The notes under the pieces: generated by a model
Database searches by the model: none
The model's input: only the letters and a program-made list of their open reading frames with translations
Told to the model about the DNA's origin: nothing
Part shown: positions 52,835 through 62,959 of the stretch, piece after piece
Layout of the letters: every line of letters begins with the position of its first letter
Position numbering within the stretch: the stretch's first letter is position 1
Translations under genes and position numbers: made by a program
Origin: Octopus sinensis
Taxonomy: Eukaryota
DNA: 64,000 bases
Reading direction: 5' to 3'
NCBI RefSeq assembly: GCF_006345805.1
Contig: NC_043005.1
Coordinates: forward strand, 17,050,001-17,114,000

Positions 52835-55800
52835 CGATGGGCTTCTTTCAGTTTCTGTCTACCAAATCCACTCACAAGGCTTTGGTCGGCCCGAGGCTAT
52901 AATAGAAGACACTTGCCCAAGGTGCCACGCAGTGGGACTGAACCCGGAACCATGTGGTTGGTAAACAAGCTACTTACCTCACAGCCACTCCTGTGCCTAT
53001 CCTCTTTATTTTTGACACAGTTTCTTTGGCATTTTTTATTAACAGACAATTCACCAAATGTGTATTTATCATTTTTTAATAGTGGTCATTATAAATAAAT
53101 GGTAGACAATTACTGTTGCTTATGTTCTAAACTTGCCAGATCTGGAGGGTCAGTCAACTTTTGCAGGGTCTCCAGGACCATTGAGAATGGTATCACTAAT
53201 GTTTCTTTTGAACCTTTGGAAGTCAACACCTGTGGGAAAAGATGCCAGAAGGACTGATGTTGTGGGAAAGAATAACTGTATTGGTGTGTATGTGTGTGTA
53301 CGACCTGGTGGGGTTTGGACACAACAAAGGTGATGATAAAAGGAAGTGCAAGTAGGATAAAAATGTCTGAGTGGAAGTGACATAAACTCAGCAGTTATGA
53401 GGAGCAGAAGTCATTATAGTAACAGCTGAAGAAGAAAGAGAGGAGATTGCATGCCCGGGGGTCAGGGGCTGCACGGTGCTGAGTGACTGTACAAATTTAA
53501 ATGCCCAAAAGCAATATGGCAGCACTCAGAAATTCATGTTCTGTTAACAAAAGGCAGCCTTTGTTCAATGCAGACAAAGTGTTTGGTATCTCACCAAAGT
53601 CTGATGATATCAGTAACAGAGTGTATACCGGAAGTGATCGTGATTTGTCCTATCTTTATGATTCAGGTACTGATTTAGACAAGAAATATCTTACAGGTGC
53701 AAGTGGTGTAGATAATAAGGGTAAGGAGCAGATGTATAGCAGCACTGAGTCTGGTAGTGGAAATGAGTTTTCTGGTGATGTTACCTCCTGACAATGTAAG
53801 ATGATGTTCCTGCAGGCAATTGGATACATGTAAGTAACTTGGAAAATGACAAGCCCCACGATATGATTTATTGATCAAGGTGGGTTTGTATGCCAAAAAA
53901 CTGAAACTAGGCCTGTTGATTATTTAGATATTTTCTTTTGTTTTTGTCATTTATAGTGCTGGGTTTTCACTTTGGGATTATCTTGTGACACAAACCAGTA
54001 AATCTGCCCAAACCACAAGGATTTAAAAAACTGTCTGCAAAAGGGTTAAGAAATATATAAGTACAAGATGAGAAGGGGGAAGAGAAAGAGAGAGAGAAAG
54101 GAGAGAGAGCAAGAGAGTGTACCGACTGACCTTAGCTGCCTCTGATTGTCATCTTCAAGGACTCGTATGATAGCTGTACTATAGTTCAACAGGTTATCTT
54201 CTAGAGCCAATGTCATGCTGTGTTGACTAATGCTGTGGAAATTCTTCACCAAGTGCCATTTAAAAAAACTACCATTTAACTATAAGAAATAAAAACGTGT
54301 ACAACAAAAGTAAATAGTGAGTTGCTACTTCAATCTCTATCTTCATCATCATCATCACCACATACACACAGAGTACACTATTAATAGTTATATCACCAAA
54401 GGGCAGAGACAGTTGTGCAGTGGGGTCACCAAACATTTTTGACCACCGGGCCCCCTTTAGCCACTTCTTCCACATTAACCACCCTCCTCATTTAAAATAT
54501 CTTAATGCCTTACCCTACTGTGCCATACTTTAACACTTTCGTGTTTAAACCGGCTGTATCCGGTCCAAATATTCTACACATTTTATGGTCAAACTGGCCA
54601 GAACATGCATCTCACATCTACCCTGCAATGTCACTCTAAAAATAAGCAATTACATCTTTCCTATCTTGAAGGTACAAAATAATATCAGATAAATTTTTTT
54701 AAATGTGAATAAATAAGGGTTACTTTTGACAAATTAATCTGAACACTAAAGGGTTAAATGTGTGCCGGGTTCTGATGCTGGCAATTAAAATGTTAGCTAA
54801 AATATACATGTACGACAAATTAAGAAATTCTATTGAAGATGACACACTTTTTACATTTAAAACTACGTGTACAAGGTTCTATATTTAAGAGATGAGGAAT
54901 TATGTACATTGTTTACATTTGACGGATATTTCTCCTCATCTTGTTTGTTGTTAACGTTTCGGCTGATTTACCCTCCAGCCTTCTTCAGGTGTCTTGGGGA
55001 AATTTCAAACCTGGGTTCTCATTCCTAAGGTATTTTTCAATGTTGTTATTGTTATTATTATTATTATTATTGTTATTCAGGTCACTGCTTGGAATCAAAC
55101 TCGGAATCTTGGGGTTAGTAGCCTGCGCCCTCAACCACTACACCCACAGGCATATGGCATAGTGGTTAAGAGCATGGGCTACTAACCCCAAGACTCCAAG
55201 TTTGATTCCAAGCAGTGATCTGAACAACAACAATAACAACAACATCGAAAAATACCTTAGGAACGAGAACCCAGGTTCAAAATTTCCCCCAAGACACCTG
55301 AAGAATGCTGGAAGGTATATCAGCTGAAACGTTGTGTTAATAACAAACAAGACGAGGACAAATATCCGTTGAAAGTAAATAACGTACGTGTACGAGTATA
55401 CAGCATTAAACTTTCAATTTTTATTAAATTGTTTTCACGGTTAGAAAATGTGAAAAATGCATCAAATTGCTGGAATATCTTTTATTGAAATTGACAACGT
55501 CAATCATTTCCATTATAGGCACAAGGCCTGAAATTTTGGGGGAGGGGGGGGTCCAGTCAATTACATCAACCCCAGTACACAAATGGTACTTAATTTATCG
55601 ACCCCAAAAGGATGAAAGACAAAGCTGACCTCGGCGGGACTTGAACTCAGAACGTACAGATGAACTAAATGCCGCTAAGCATTTTGCTTGCCATGCTAAC
55701 GATTCTGCCATGACAACATCAATGTGAGAGATGAGCATGGTGCAAAGTATTTCAAACAGTCCATCTGGGCGAGCTGGTCTTTCACACACTGACCCCATTC

Positions 55801-57057
55801 GAGTCCTTGGCTATCATTGACACCAGTTGCATACTGGGGTCGATGTATTTGACTATCCCCCCCACCACCACCACCAATTTCAAGCTTTGTGCTTATAGTA
55901 GAAAGTGGATCTTTTCCTTTTGAACGGCACACAATTTCTAGTTAACTAAACACTTTAAAACTTCGTATACTGGTAGAATGTGTCAAAATAAAACATTTTT
56001 TTTCTCTTGGCTTTCTTGAGAAAATTGTAATTCGTTTGTTTAACGTAGTTTAATTTTTCGAATTTTAACCAATGAATCGCCTCTAATTGAGCTAAAATCA
56101 TTTGCTACGTCTAAAACTGAGACAACATCCAGTCACTCTAAATTTTTTTTTTTTCTTAATTGTTAAATTAATTTAATTGTTACGCGTGTAAAAAAAACCG
56201 AAAGCAATGGAAATAATTTAAACAATTAACAAACAAAATAATTCTATAATTTTATACACAGGCTTTCCGTACATATACGGAAAGCATGTGTATAAAATTA
56301 TAGAATTATTTTGCTTGTTAATACGGAAAGCGTGTGTATAAAATTATAGAATTATTTTGTTTGTTAATTGTTTAAATTATTTTCCATTGCTTTCGTTTTT
56401 TTTACACGCGTAACAATTAAATTAATTTAACAATTAAGAAAAAAAAATTTAGGGTTAGGGTTATGTTTAGGGTTAATGACAGGATGTTGTCTCAGTTTTA
56501 GACGCAGCAAATGATTTTAACTCAATGGAGGTAATTGATTGGTTAAAATTGCCGAAATGCTCGAAATTTCAGACGAAATATCTTACAAACTATAGAATTT
56601 TCTCAATAAAACCAAGAGAAAATGATGTTTTATACACACATTCTACCACTATACGAAGTTAAAATCTTTTTAGTTACCTAGAAATTATGTTACAAAGTGC
56701 CGTTCAAAAGGAAAAGATCATAGAAAGTATTAAATGTCCGATGGGCCAGGGCTAAACTAAAGCCAAACAAATGCCAACAATGCTCTATCGTTAACCACAC
56801 AACGGCAGTCCATGAAACGAAACGAGGGCATTAGGGTTGTGACACCTATATTTGTTTTGTAGTTTGTGAAATCAATTTAATCACAAAGGAAGAAAATCCT
56901 GATAAAAAATCTTCACTTACCTCTAATCCTAAAAGGTCAACACGGAATTTAGAAGAAGGAAGTTCACTTGCATTCCATGATATGAAAACTTCGCTTCCAA
57001 TTGTCCATTGACGGGGTTGCTCGCGTATTACTCGTGGTACTGCCATGGCAAAGTTTA
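28840..57057 (-). CDS. SUSD2: SUSD2/Mesh/MUC4-like single-pass membrane protein (AMOP-VWD-Sushi-TM), 12 exons, 5'-partial
   Basis: Twelve GT/AG exons with matching phases (2024 nt). AMOP motifs CEKW..CPCALRQASRD and CIYHPKATEC/GQSCCY; VWD starts [21 protein letters not shown] and includes GLLGNYNG; Sushi C..C..W..C; hydrophobic TM. The symbol reflects architecture only; orthology is untested. Confidence 0.9.
33085..33659 (+). mobile_element. Internally deleted mariner element
   Basis: TA-flanked TIRs ttgggttatccgaaaagtttgtgctgattt / aaatcagtacaaactttctggacaacccaa; decayed N-terminal HTH region MEDKKVHFRHLML...LSESTVRKLFARFRAG...GRPSTTDDDQI...TTRELAESL. Confidence 0.88.
33730..33859 (-). CDS. 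SUSD2-like exon, transmembrane segment
   Basis: ANTGQPEVWYYWAGGTGALLALILIFLIIFFKFRRLSVRQTF|gtaagt; hydrophobic run then KFRR. Confidence 0.88.
35596..35775 (-). CDS. SUSD2-like exon, Sushi/CCP domain
   Basis: IRCPSIEFLENGNMTISGHLPGDYALFQCDPGYTHFHAHQLLCLSNGTWNGTVAKCLKS; phase 1/1. Confidence 0.9.
36278..36526 (-). CDS. SUSD2-like exon, post-VWD
   Basis: (W)RVAAKDSLFSKSY...NYQPVF...LCGDVAPCRFDFQVIG...KKDIEI|gtaagt. Confidence 0.9.
38422..38547 (-). CDS. SUSD2-like exon, VWD C-term
   Basis: NVEGLLGNYNGNISDDFRARDGTIIPTSSSMEDIHYKFGNT|gtaagt. Confidence 0.92.
38717..38757 (-). ncRNA. Degenerate hammerhead-like motif (CUGUNGA core) in a ~190-bp repeat
   Basis: UCUUU-CUGUCGA-A-GAGC-auag-GCUC-GAAAC-GUA-AAAGA; homologues near 5585-5622, 5765-5803 and 40857-40892. 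Confidence 0.45.
40207..40350 (-). CDS. SUSD2-like exon, VWD
   Basis: tctctgttgcag|LTINIHENHENSTDIMVVFSSHELSIEIEVTPDVMNILVLMGSKALR|gtaagt. Confidence 0.87.
40504..40722. mobile_element. hAT (Charlie-like) MITE
   Basis: TIR cagtgcttttcaacc / ggttgaaaaccactg; perfect 8-bp TSD CACTAGAG. Confidence 0.88.
41616..41765 (-). CDS. SUSD2-like exon, VWD
   Basis: KLQNATVFTGIAMKMKGISEIIEIEINEQTNYRLLLDEKEYKYEKLEFQ|gtaagg; phase 1/1. Confidence 0.88.
43525..43720 (-). mobile_element. RTE-like LINE 5' UTR fragment
   Basis: ccttgttgcggtgtggtggcttgtgtgcctcagtgaccctgagagctatgcc resembles RTE-clade 5' ends (from recall). Confidence 0.5.
44190..45329. mobile_element. hAT-type MITE with two nested SINEs
   Basis: TIR caatggttctcaac / gttgagaaccactg; TSD gtttcaat/gtttaaat; related element at ~34777-35090. 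Confidence 0.7.
46562..46705 (-). CDS. SUSD2-like exon, VWD start (GDPH)
   Basis: ttttcag|[47 protein letters not shown]|gttagt. Confidence 0.92.
47660..48276. mobile_element. mariner-type MITE interrupted by a Helitron
   Basis: TIRs aaggggtgctatgaagttcctgg / ccaggaacttttcggcacccctt, TA-flanked. Confidence 0.7.
47800..48199 (+). mobile_element. Non-autonomous Helitron
   Basis: A|TC start, CTAG|T end, subterminal hairpin CCCGGGCAACGCCGGG, no TSD. Confidence 0.85.
49856..50121 (-). CDS. SUSD2-like exon, AMOP C-half
   Basis: TTNAGQSCCYGG...HFESDIIPFLHCC...CQKFFRWRPATKCNAYNPPSP|gtgagt. Confidence 0.9.
50355..50588. repeat. ~39-bp minisatellite, ~6 copies
   Basis: gtacagtggtcccaagttatataaaa(a)gtacactaaataa in tandem. 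Confidence 0.9.
51088..51351 (-). CDS. SUSD2-like exon, AMOP N-half
   Basis: FPVTLWSDIFPV...RCEKWLAED...CPCALRQASRDTSRYQKDPLC...CIYHPKATECV; phase 2/2. Confidence 0.9.
51481..51533 (-). ncRNA. Minimal hammerhead motif with U3-A8 core variant
   Basis: Minus strand: AAUCGUUACAG-UUGAAAA-GGUC-ucaaaau-GACC-GAAAC-CA-GUA-CUGAAAGAUU. Confidence 0.6.
53100..54049 (+). mobile_element. Possible old piggyBac-like relic
   Basis: Acidic S/D-rich ORF 53501-53791, downstream RPVDYLDIFF-like segment, ends aaaggg-TTAA; no left terminus found. Confidence 0.25.
54131..54279 (-). CDS. SUSD2-like exon
   Basis: tcttatag|LNGSFFKWHLVKNFHSISQHSMTLALEDNLLNYSTAIIRVLEDDNQRQL|gtcagt; phase 0/2 fits neighbours. Confidence 0.78.
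54876..55388. mobile_element. Head-to-head inverted pair of SINE family F
   Basis: 54876-55143 is the reverse complement of the family also seen at 55149-55388. Confidence 0.8.
55293..55338 (+). ncRNA. Minimal hammerhead motif in a tRNA-headed SINE (homologues at 11905-11950 + and 54950-54993 -)
   Basis: GACAC-CUGAAGA-AUGCUG..CAGCU-GAAAC-GUU-GUGUU; stem II is perfect GGCUG/CAGCC in the 54.9 kb copy. Confidence 0.55.
55907..56720. mobile_element. 814-bp palindromic (foldback) MITE related to the 663-1092 element
   Basis: Whole element is an imperfect inverted repeat centred near 56271; perfect TSD TAGAAAGT at 55899-55906 and 56721-56728. Confidence 0.85.
56921..57057 (-). CDS. SUSD2-like exon (pre-AMOP)
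   Basis: ttcattctag|..NFAMAVPRVIREQPRQWTIGSEVFISWNASELPSSKFRVDLLGLE|gtaagt. Confidence 0.82.
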
Positions 57058-59064
57058 CTAGAATGAAAAAAAAATTGAGATATAGATTAGAGAGAGAGTT
57101 GAGGCAAGAAAACTATATTTCTGAATGTCAAAGATATTACATTCACAAAATATATTTTATAGTGTTGGGATCAATGAAGCAAAACTATGTACATATACAA
57201 TGAGTGAAAATGTGAATTTATCTCCAAATAAAAATATATTTTATCAATAATATTAATAATATTAATACGACTTGTTAAATATAAATTTATTAAGCAAGGG
57301 ACGCAACTCGGCTGAATCAAGGTAGGTAACTGCTTGTGCACGAAGTGAAGAGAGGGAGGCTCTCTGCTAGAAAGAGAAAGCAAATGCCCTTCAAATAAAA
57401 TATCTGTCGCCTTAAGTAAGCTAGGGAGCATTAGATAATATAGTTCTAAACACTCTTAAAAAGATAGGATAGTCATGGCTGGAATGGCTTTGATCATAGA
57501 TTTATTTGTTCAATCAGGATAAACAAGAGATTACGAGTGACGGTTTTCAGCAGCGAAACATCGTGATGGACTTTGGAAAAAGAGAAAAATTACCCTCCTT
57601 GCGACATCATAGTATAAGAGTTTATCTATAAGCATTTATTTAAAATCAAAATGCATAGAAAAGGACACTCCAGTAACAGTATTATTACAAAAATAAATAT
57701 TATGACACGCTGGGGTTAGAAACAAAAAACAAAACAAAAAGGTTTACCATTTACTACTCTCCTCGAATCCTCAATCGGCTAAAAATAGTAGCTATTTCCA
57801 GTTACACTCTGCTCCACATTTGGCCATATCAATGGTATTGTGCTGCAAACTTCGTAAATTCATTTTTGCCAGTTACGGTTGTGTATAGGTTACTTGCATT
57901 GACGAAAACGGTCCACACACCGCTTCTTAAAATTTCTTTCATCTAGTTTTCATCAAACCAGTGTGTGTGTGTCTACACATACGTACGGTGTTATGTAAGA
58001 AATGAAGTCCTAACAATATCTTTAGGACAATGCTCTGAAAGCAGTATGCTATTTCTTTATTGCCCACAAGGAGCTAAACATAGAGGGGACAAACAAGGAC
58101 AGACAAACGGATTAAGTCGATTACATCGACCCCAGTGCGTAACTGGTACTTATTTAATCGACCCAGAAAGGATGAAAGGCAAGGTCGACCTCGGCGGAAT
58201 TTGAACTCAGAATGGAACGGCAGACGAAGTACCTATTTCTTTACTACCCACAAGGGGCTAAACACAGAGAGGACAAACAAGGACAGACAAACGGATTAAG
58301 TCGATTACATCGACCCCAGTGCGTAACTGGTACTTATTTAATCGACCCCGAAAGGATGAAAGGCAAAGTCGACCTCGGCGCAATTTGAACTCAGAACGTA
58401 GCGATAGACGAAATACTGCTAAGCATTTCGCCCGGCGTGCTAACGTTTCTGCCAGCTCGCCGCCTTCTCCGTAGCCAGTATGCAGCGGCATACTGGTGTG
58501 CCACGAGACGATGCGAGGTGTGCCGCAGTGTAATCTGAATATAATTTTTTACCCTATATTTTTAAGGTTCGGGTATACCGCCGAATTTTGAGAAGAATAG
58601 GCATAGGAGTAGCTGTGTGGTAAGTAGCTTGCTTACCAACCACATGGTTCCGGGTTCAGTCCCACTGCGTGGCACCTTCGATAGGTGTCTTCTACTATAG
58701 CCTCGGGCCGACCAAAGCCTTGCGAGTGGATTTGGTAGACGGAAACTGAAAAAAGCCTGTCATGTGTGTGTGTGTGTGTGTGTAGATGTTTGTGTGTCTA
58801 TGTTTGTCCCCCCAACATCACTTGACAACCGATGCTGGTGTGTTTATGTCCCCGTAACTTAGCTGTTCGGCAAAAGAAACTTATTGAATAAGTACTAGGC
58901 TTACAAAGAATAAGTCCTGGGGTCTCCAGCATGGCCATAGTCAAATGACTGAAACAAGTGAAAGAGCAGAGTACCGCAAGAGAAAAAGGGTTGCGGAGCA
59001 CTGCTTAAGGAGAAGGCTAACATTGGATATTGTAATTAACATACGCTTATAAATTGTATATATT

Positions 59065-59458
59065 CTAGGCCTGATCAATAAGTATCCGGACTGTTGTCAT
59101 AGTAACGAAGGTAAAGCATGCAGAGCGAAACCGCTTGGCAAAAATTTACCTTGAACTCTGCAGTGAACAGCGCACAACATTTTAACATTCTAGCTCACTT
59201 CAGCTGTTTACAGCAGTGCTTGGAAGGAAGGTGTGTAGCGTATGATCGTCGCATTGACCAGCACACAGATAGTTATCATGGCGATCCCTGCTCAGAGGCC
59301 TACGCCAAGTTGCAGAAAGTGTATGGAGAAGAGTGTGTAAGCCGCACACAAGTGTACGAGTGGTTCAGACGTTTCCAAGATGGCCGAAAAAACGTCACTC
59401 TGCATGCTTTAGCTTCGTTACTATGCCAACAACCCGGATACTTATTGATTAGACCTCG
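59065..59458 (+). mobile_element. Internally deleted mariner element (second family)
   Basis: TIRs ctgatcaataagtatccgg / ccggatacttattgattag; HTH remnant EAYAKLQKVYGEECVSRTQVYEWFRRFQDGR. Confidence 0.85.
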
Positions 59459-59535
59459 TATATGCGCTTGAATGCTTGTATATGAGTTTAAATGTGATAT
59501 TGTGTTCTTTACCCACTAGATTGTTGTACTTGTTC

Positions 59536-59905
59536 GGAGGCGCAATGGCCCAGTGGTTAGGGCAGCAGACTCGCGGTTTCGATTCCCAGACCGGGCGTTG
59601 TGAGTGTTTATTGAGCGAAAACACCTAAAGCTCCACGAGGCTCCGTCAGTAGGTGGTGGTGATCCCTGCTGTACTCTTTCACCACAACTTTCTCTCACTC
59701 TTACTTCCTGTTTCTGTTGTACCTGTATTTCAAAGGGCCGGCCTTGTCTCTGTGTCACGCTGAATATCCCCGAGAACTACGTTAAAGGTGCACGTGTCTG
59801 TGGAGTGCTCAGCCACTTACACGTTAATTTCACGAGCAGGCTGTTCCGTTGATTCGGATCAACCGGAACCCTCGTCGTCGTAACCGACGGAGTGCTTCCT
59901 CCCCC
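59536..59905 (+). mobile_element. tRNA-derived SINE family E (related copy ~51723-51978 -)
   Basis: A box tggcccagtgg, B box tttcgattccc; TSD TGTACTTGTTC. Confidence 0.82.
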
Positions 59906-60170
59906 TGTACTTGTTCATCACAATCAGTTATATAACGTTTTTCACGCGATCACAGCTTCGACAATGTCGAGTTTACCCGACGAGATGTTATTGTTTGCGT
60001 TTCTGTCGACGCAAATGAATTTAGTCGTTGCTATTTGTCAGGAGATCAGTTGTGATTGAACAGTTCTATGGAACAAAAGCATTAAGAACAGCTCTAAATT
60101 ATTTAAATGTTCTTTTTGTAAAACTAACAAATATACTTGTGTGACAATCACCGAGTCATTTCGCTTTTAT

Positions 60171-60550
60171 GGGCGCAGGAGTGGCTGTGTGGTAAGTAGC
60201 TTGCTAACCAACCACATGGTTCCGGGTTCAGTCCAATCTTGTGCAAATGTCTTCTGCTATAGCCCCAGGTCGACCAATGCCTTGTGAGTGGATTTGGTAG
60301 ACGGAAACTGAAAGAAGCCTGTCGTATATATGTATATATATATATGTGTGTATGTGTGTGTTTGTCCCCCTAGCATTGCTTCACAACCGATGCTGGTGAG
60401 TTTATGTCCCCGTTACTTAGCGGTTCGGCAAAAGTGACCGATAGAATAAGTACTGGGCTTACAAAAGAATAAGTCCCGGGGTCGAGTTGCTCGATTAAAG
60501 GCGTTGCTCCAGCATGGCCGCAGTCAAATGACTGAAACAAGTAAAAGAGT
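60171..60550 (+). mobile_element. tRNA-derived CORE-type SINE family A (other copies ~1300-1699, 2877-3275, 21911-22289, 25897-26272, 44858-45222, 45707-46123, 48522-48936, 52599-52999, 58598-58966, 61746-62139)
   Basis: Head ggcgcaggagtggctgtgtggtaag..gggttcagtcc; CORE-like gtggcaccttgggcaagtgtctt in family copies; central (TA/TG)n; tail gaaacaagtaaaagagt. Confidence 0.9.
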
Positions 60551-60588
60551 AACTAATCGGATCTTAGCTCGCTTGAATTAAAGATAAC

Positions 60589-61127
60589 TTTCTTTATTGG
60601 CCACACAGGGCTGGACATAGAGGGGACAATTACAAATGCAGAGCTTTTCTTTTCGGAGATGGAAAAGGAAAAAGAAGAAAAAAAAGAAACAAATGTAAAA
60701 TTTCGATCAAAAGGGATCGTGTATCACAGAAAGAAAAAAAAAATTTATTTTTCAAAGTAACAAACAAGATTAGGTTCATCCGTGGGAAGAAAAGCCTACA
60801 GAAAAGACCACGGTAACCTCAGGCAGGGAGGAAATAAACACACGAGAGCAAAGTGCTCTCTCTCTCTCTCTCTCTTTTAAGATTTACAGGATCATGCTCA
60901 AAGTGGTTTCGTCAATCGCACGCACCATCTTTGCTACATTCACCCACCTTTTTTTAAAAACTTTCACGAGACAAAACCTGCCTCTCCATTCTCACCTTCC
61001 TTTTCAAGTGGTACTTGAAAAAGTTGATGAGCGATTGGCCAGAGAGGTAAGTGTTTGTTTCTAATCCTTTCGCTCGAGTCCACCACACACATTCTTTCAC
61101 CATAGTCACCAGTACGATGAAGGCAAC
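60589..61127 (-). mobile_element. 5'-truncated Tx1/L1-like LINE: ORF2 C-terminus plus 3' UTR
   Basis: VAFIVLVTMVKECVWWTRAKGLETNTYLSGQSLINFFKYHLKRKVRMERQVLSRESF(stop/frameshift)RWVNVAKMVR...IL*; fits the K..IW..R/F...W pattern of Tx1-type ORF2 ends. Confidence 0.65.
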
Positions 61128-62959
61128 TATCTGAATGTTAATGTGGTTTTTATATTATTTACCAAATTTGGTATTATCAACAAAGAACATCACTGGATAA
61201 TAAATAATGGTGAAGTTTGGCTGTCTTAAATTCATTAAGATAATTAGAAGTTTTCACGAGCTTATGACGGTCTATATTACAAATAATGGTAACAAATTCA
61301 CAGCGTTTAATGAATCAAATTATGATAGACAGAGCAGTACATTTAATCTCGACATAGTTCAATATTTTATTCAGGCCAATGTTTAATGACATTTTCTCAC
61401 ACAATGATCTTGGTATACAAACCAAACCTAGAATTAAGTGGAAATTCTACAATCCTAAATGGCTATAGTCTGTCATAAAATTTAGATGTTCTAAAACAGT
61501 ACTTCAGTTTTATAAAACTGTAATTAGATGTACGATTCTGTTCAAAAAAGACAGTCGCCTGTCAAGAATTAACACATACCAGAAACACATAAAACGCCGA
61601 AGTTTTCTTTCAGATTATGCCAAGGGAAGTGAATAAATGACCATATAAGTATATCAAAATCCCCTGTAATCAGTAGACGAATTTACTTAATAAAGATATA
61701 CATATACTGAAGAAACACTGTGAAAAAAATTTTTTTTAACGTGGCTAGGCGCAGGCGTGGCTGTGTGGCAAGAAGCTTGTTTCTCAACCACAAGGTTCCG
61801 GGTTCAGTCTGTGGCACCCTGGGCAAGTGTCTTCTACTATAGCCTCGGGCCTTGTAAAATATTTGGGAGACGGAAATTGAATGAAACCAGTCGTGTATAT
61901 AAATAAATAAATAGATGTGTGTGTGTATCTGTTGTTGCCCCCCTCCACCACCGCTCGATAACCGGCGTTGGCGTGTTAAGGTCTCCGTAACCTAGCGGTT
62001 CAGCAAAAGAGATCGATAGTATAAGTGCTAGACTTAAAATTAATAAGTACCAGGGCCGATTCATTCGACCAAAAATTCTTCAAGGCAGTGCTCCAGCACG
62101 GCCGCGGTCTGATGACTGAAACAAGTATAAGATAAAAGAATCAACAACCATTATTCGCCAAACGTCAGTTGGAATAAAGAGCTTAAAATTCACAAGATGA
62201 AAGTTACCCCCAAGACTCTTCTATCTGTCGCCATAACTGAGAATCCTGAACGTTATAATTTAGTTGTAGAAACTATAGACAATTGATTCTTTTTTCACAC
62301 ACAATATTTATGATTTTATCACAAATTGGCAAACAACGACATAGTTGGTTAAAGGTTTCCAGAAGCTAATCATAAGGTCGTTCAATTTGTGATGATAGGA
62401 AAAACAAGGAAATGCTACACGCTGAAGAGCAAATATCGCAAACGACTTCGTTCGACAATCAATGGATCGGGAGTTTTATCGCGGCCGATATCCACAAAAG
62501 ATCGCACACACGCACAATGGTAAATTTCCTGAAGTGCATACAATTTAAGTGGAGACAACATACTTCAGTTGGTAAGCTGGAGAAAAATATTTATCAGAGG
62601 CAACGAAAATTACCCATTAAAAAAAATGGCAAGGGGGAGAACTCAGAAAATTTCAATTGACTAAAAACTAAATAATACTGTGCAGATGTCGATGGCCCTA
62701 TATTTCAAAGCTAAACTAACTACGAGCATGCTCTTATTAGCTTCTTCAGCGTAGTATATAGTCAACAAACAGACTTACTAGATTACAAAATGACTTGGTG
62801 AAACATCAATGTTGGAAAATCCGCTAAAGGTGTATTAACTATATGTTCTTCTGCAGAAGGCATTCTTAGGAAATATTTCAATGTCATTATCTTAAACTGT
62901 ACTTAACTACACACACACAAACACAAACACGTCTGTATGTTCTCTTCTGCTTTTAATTA

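Noticed and set aside
57748-57945. Possible additional upstream SUSD2-like exon
   Set aside because: No frame with proper acceptor, donor and phase, and no NIDO/IPT-like sequence.
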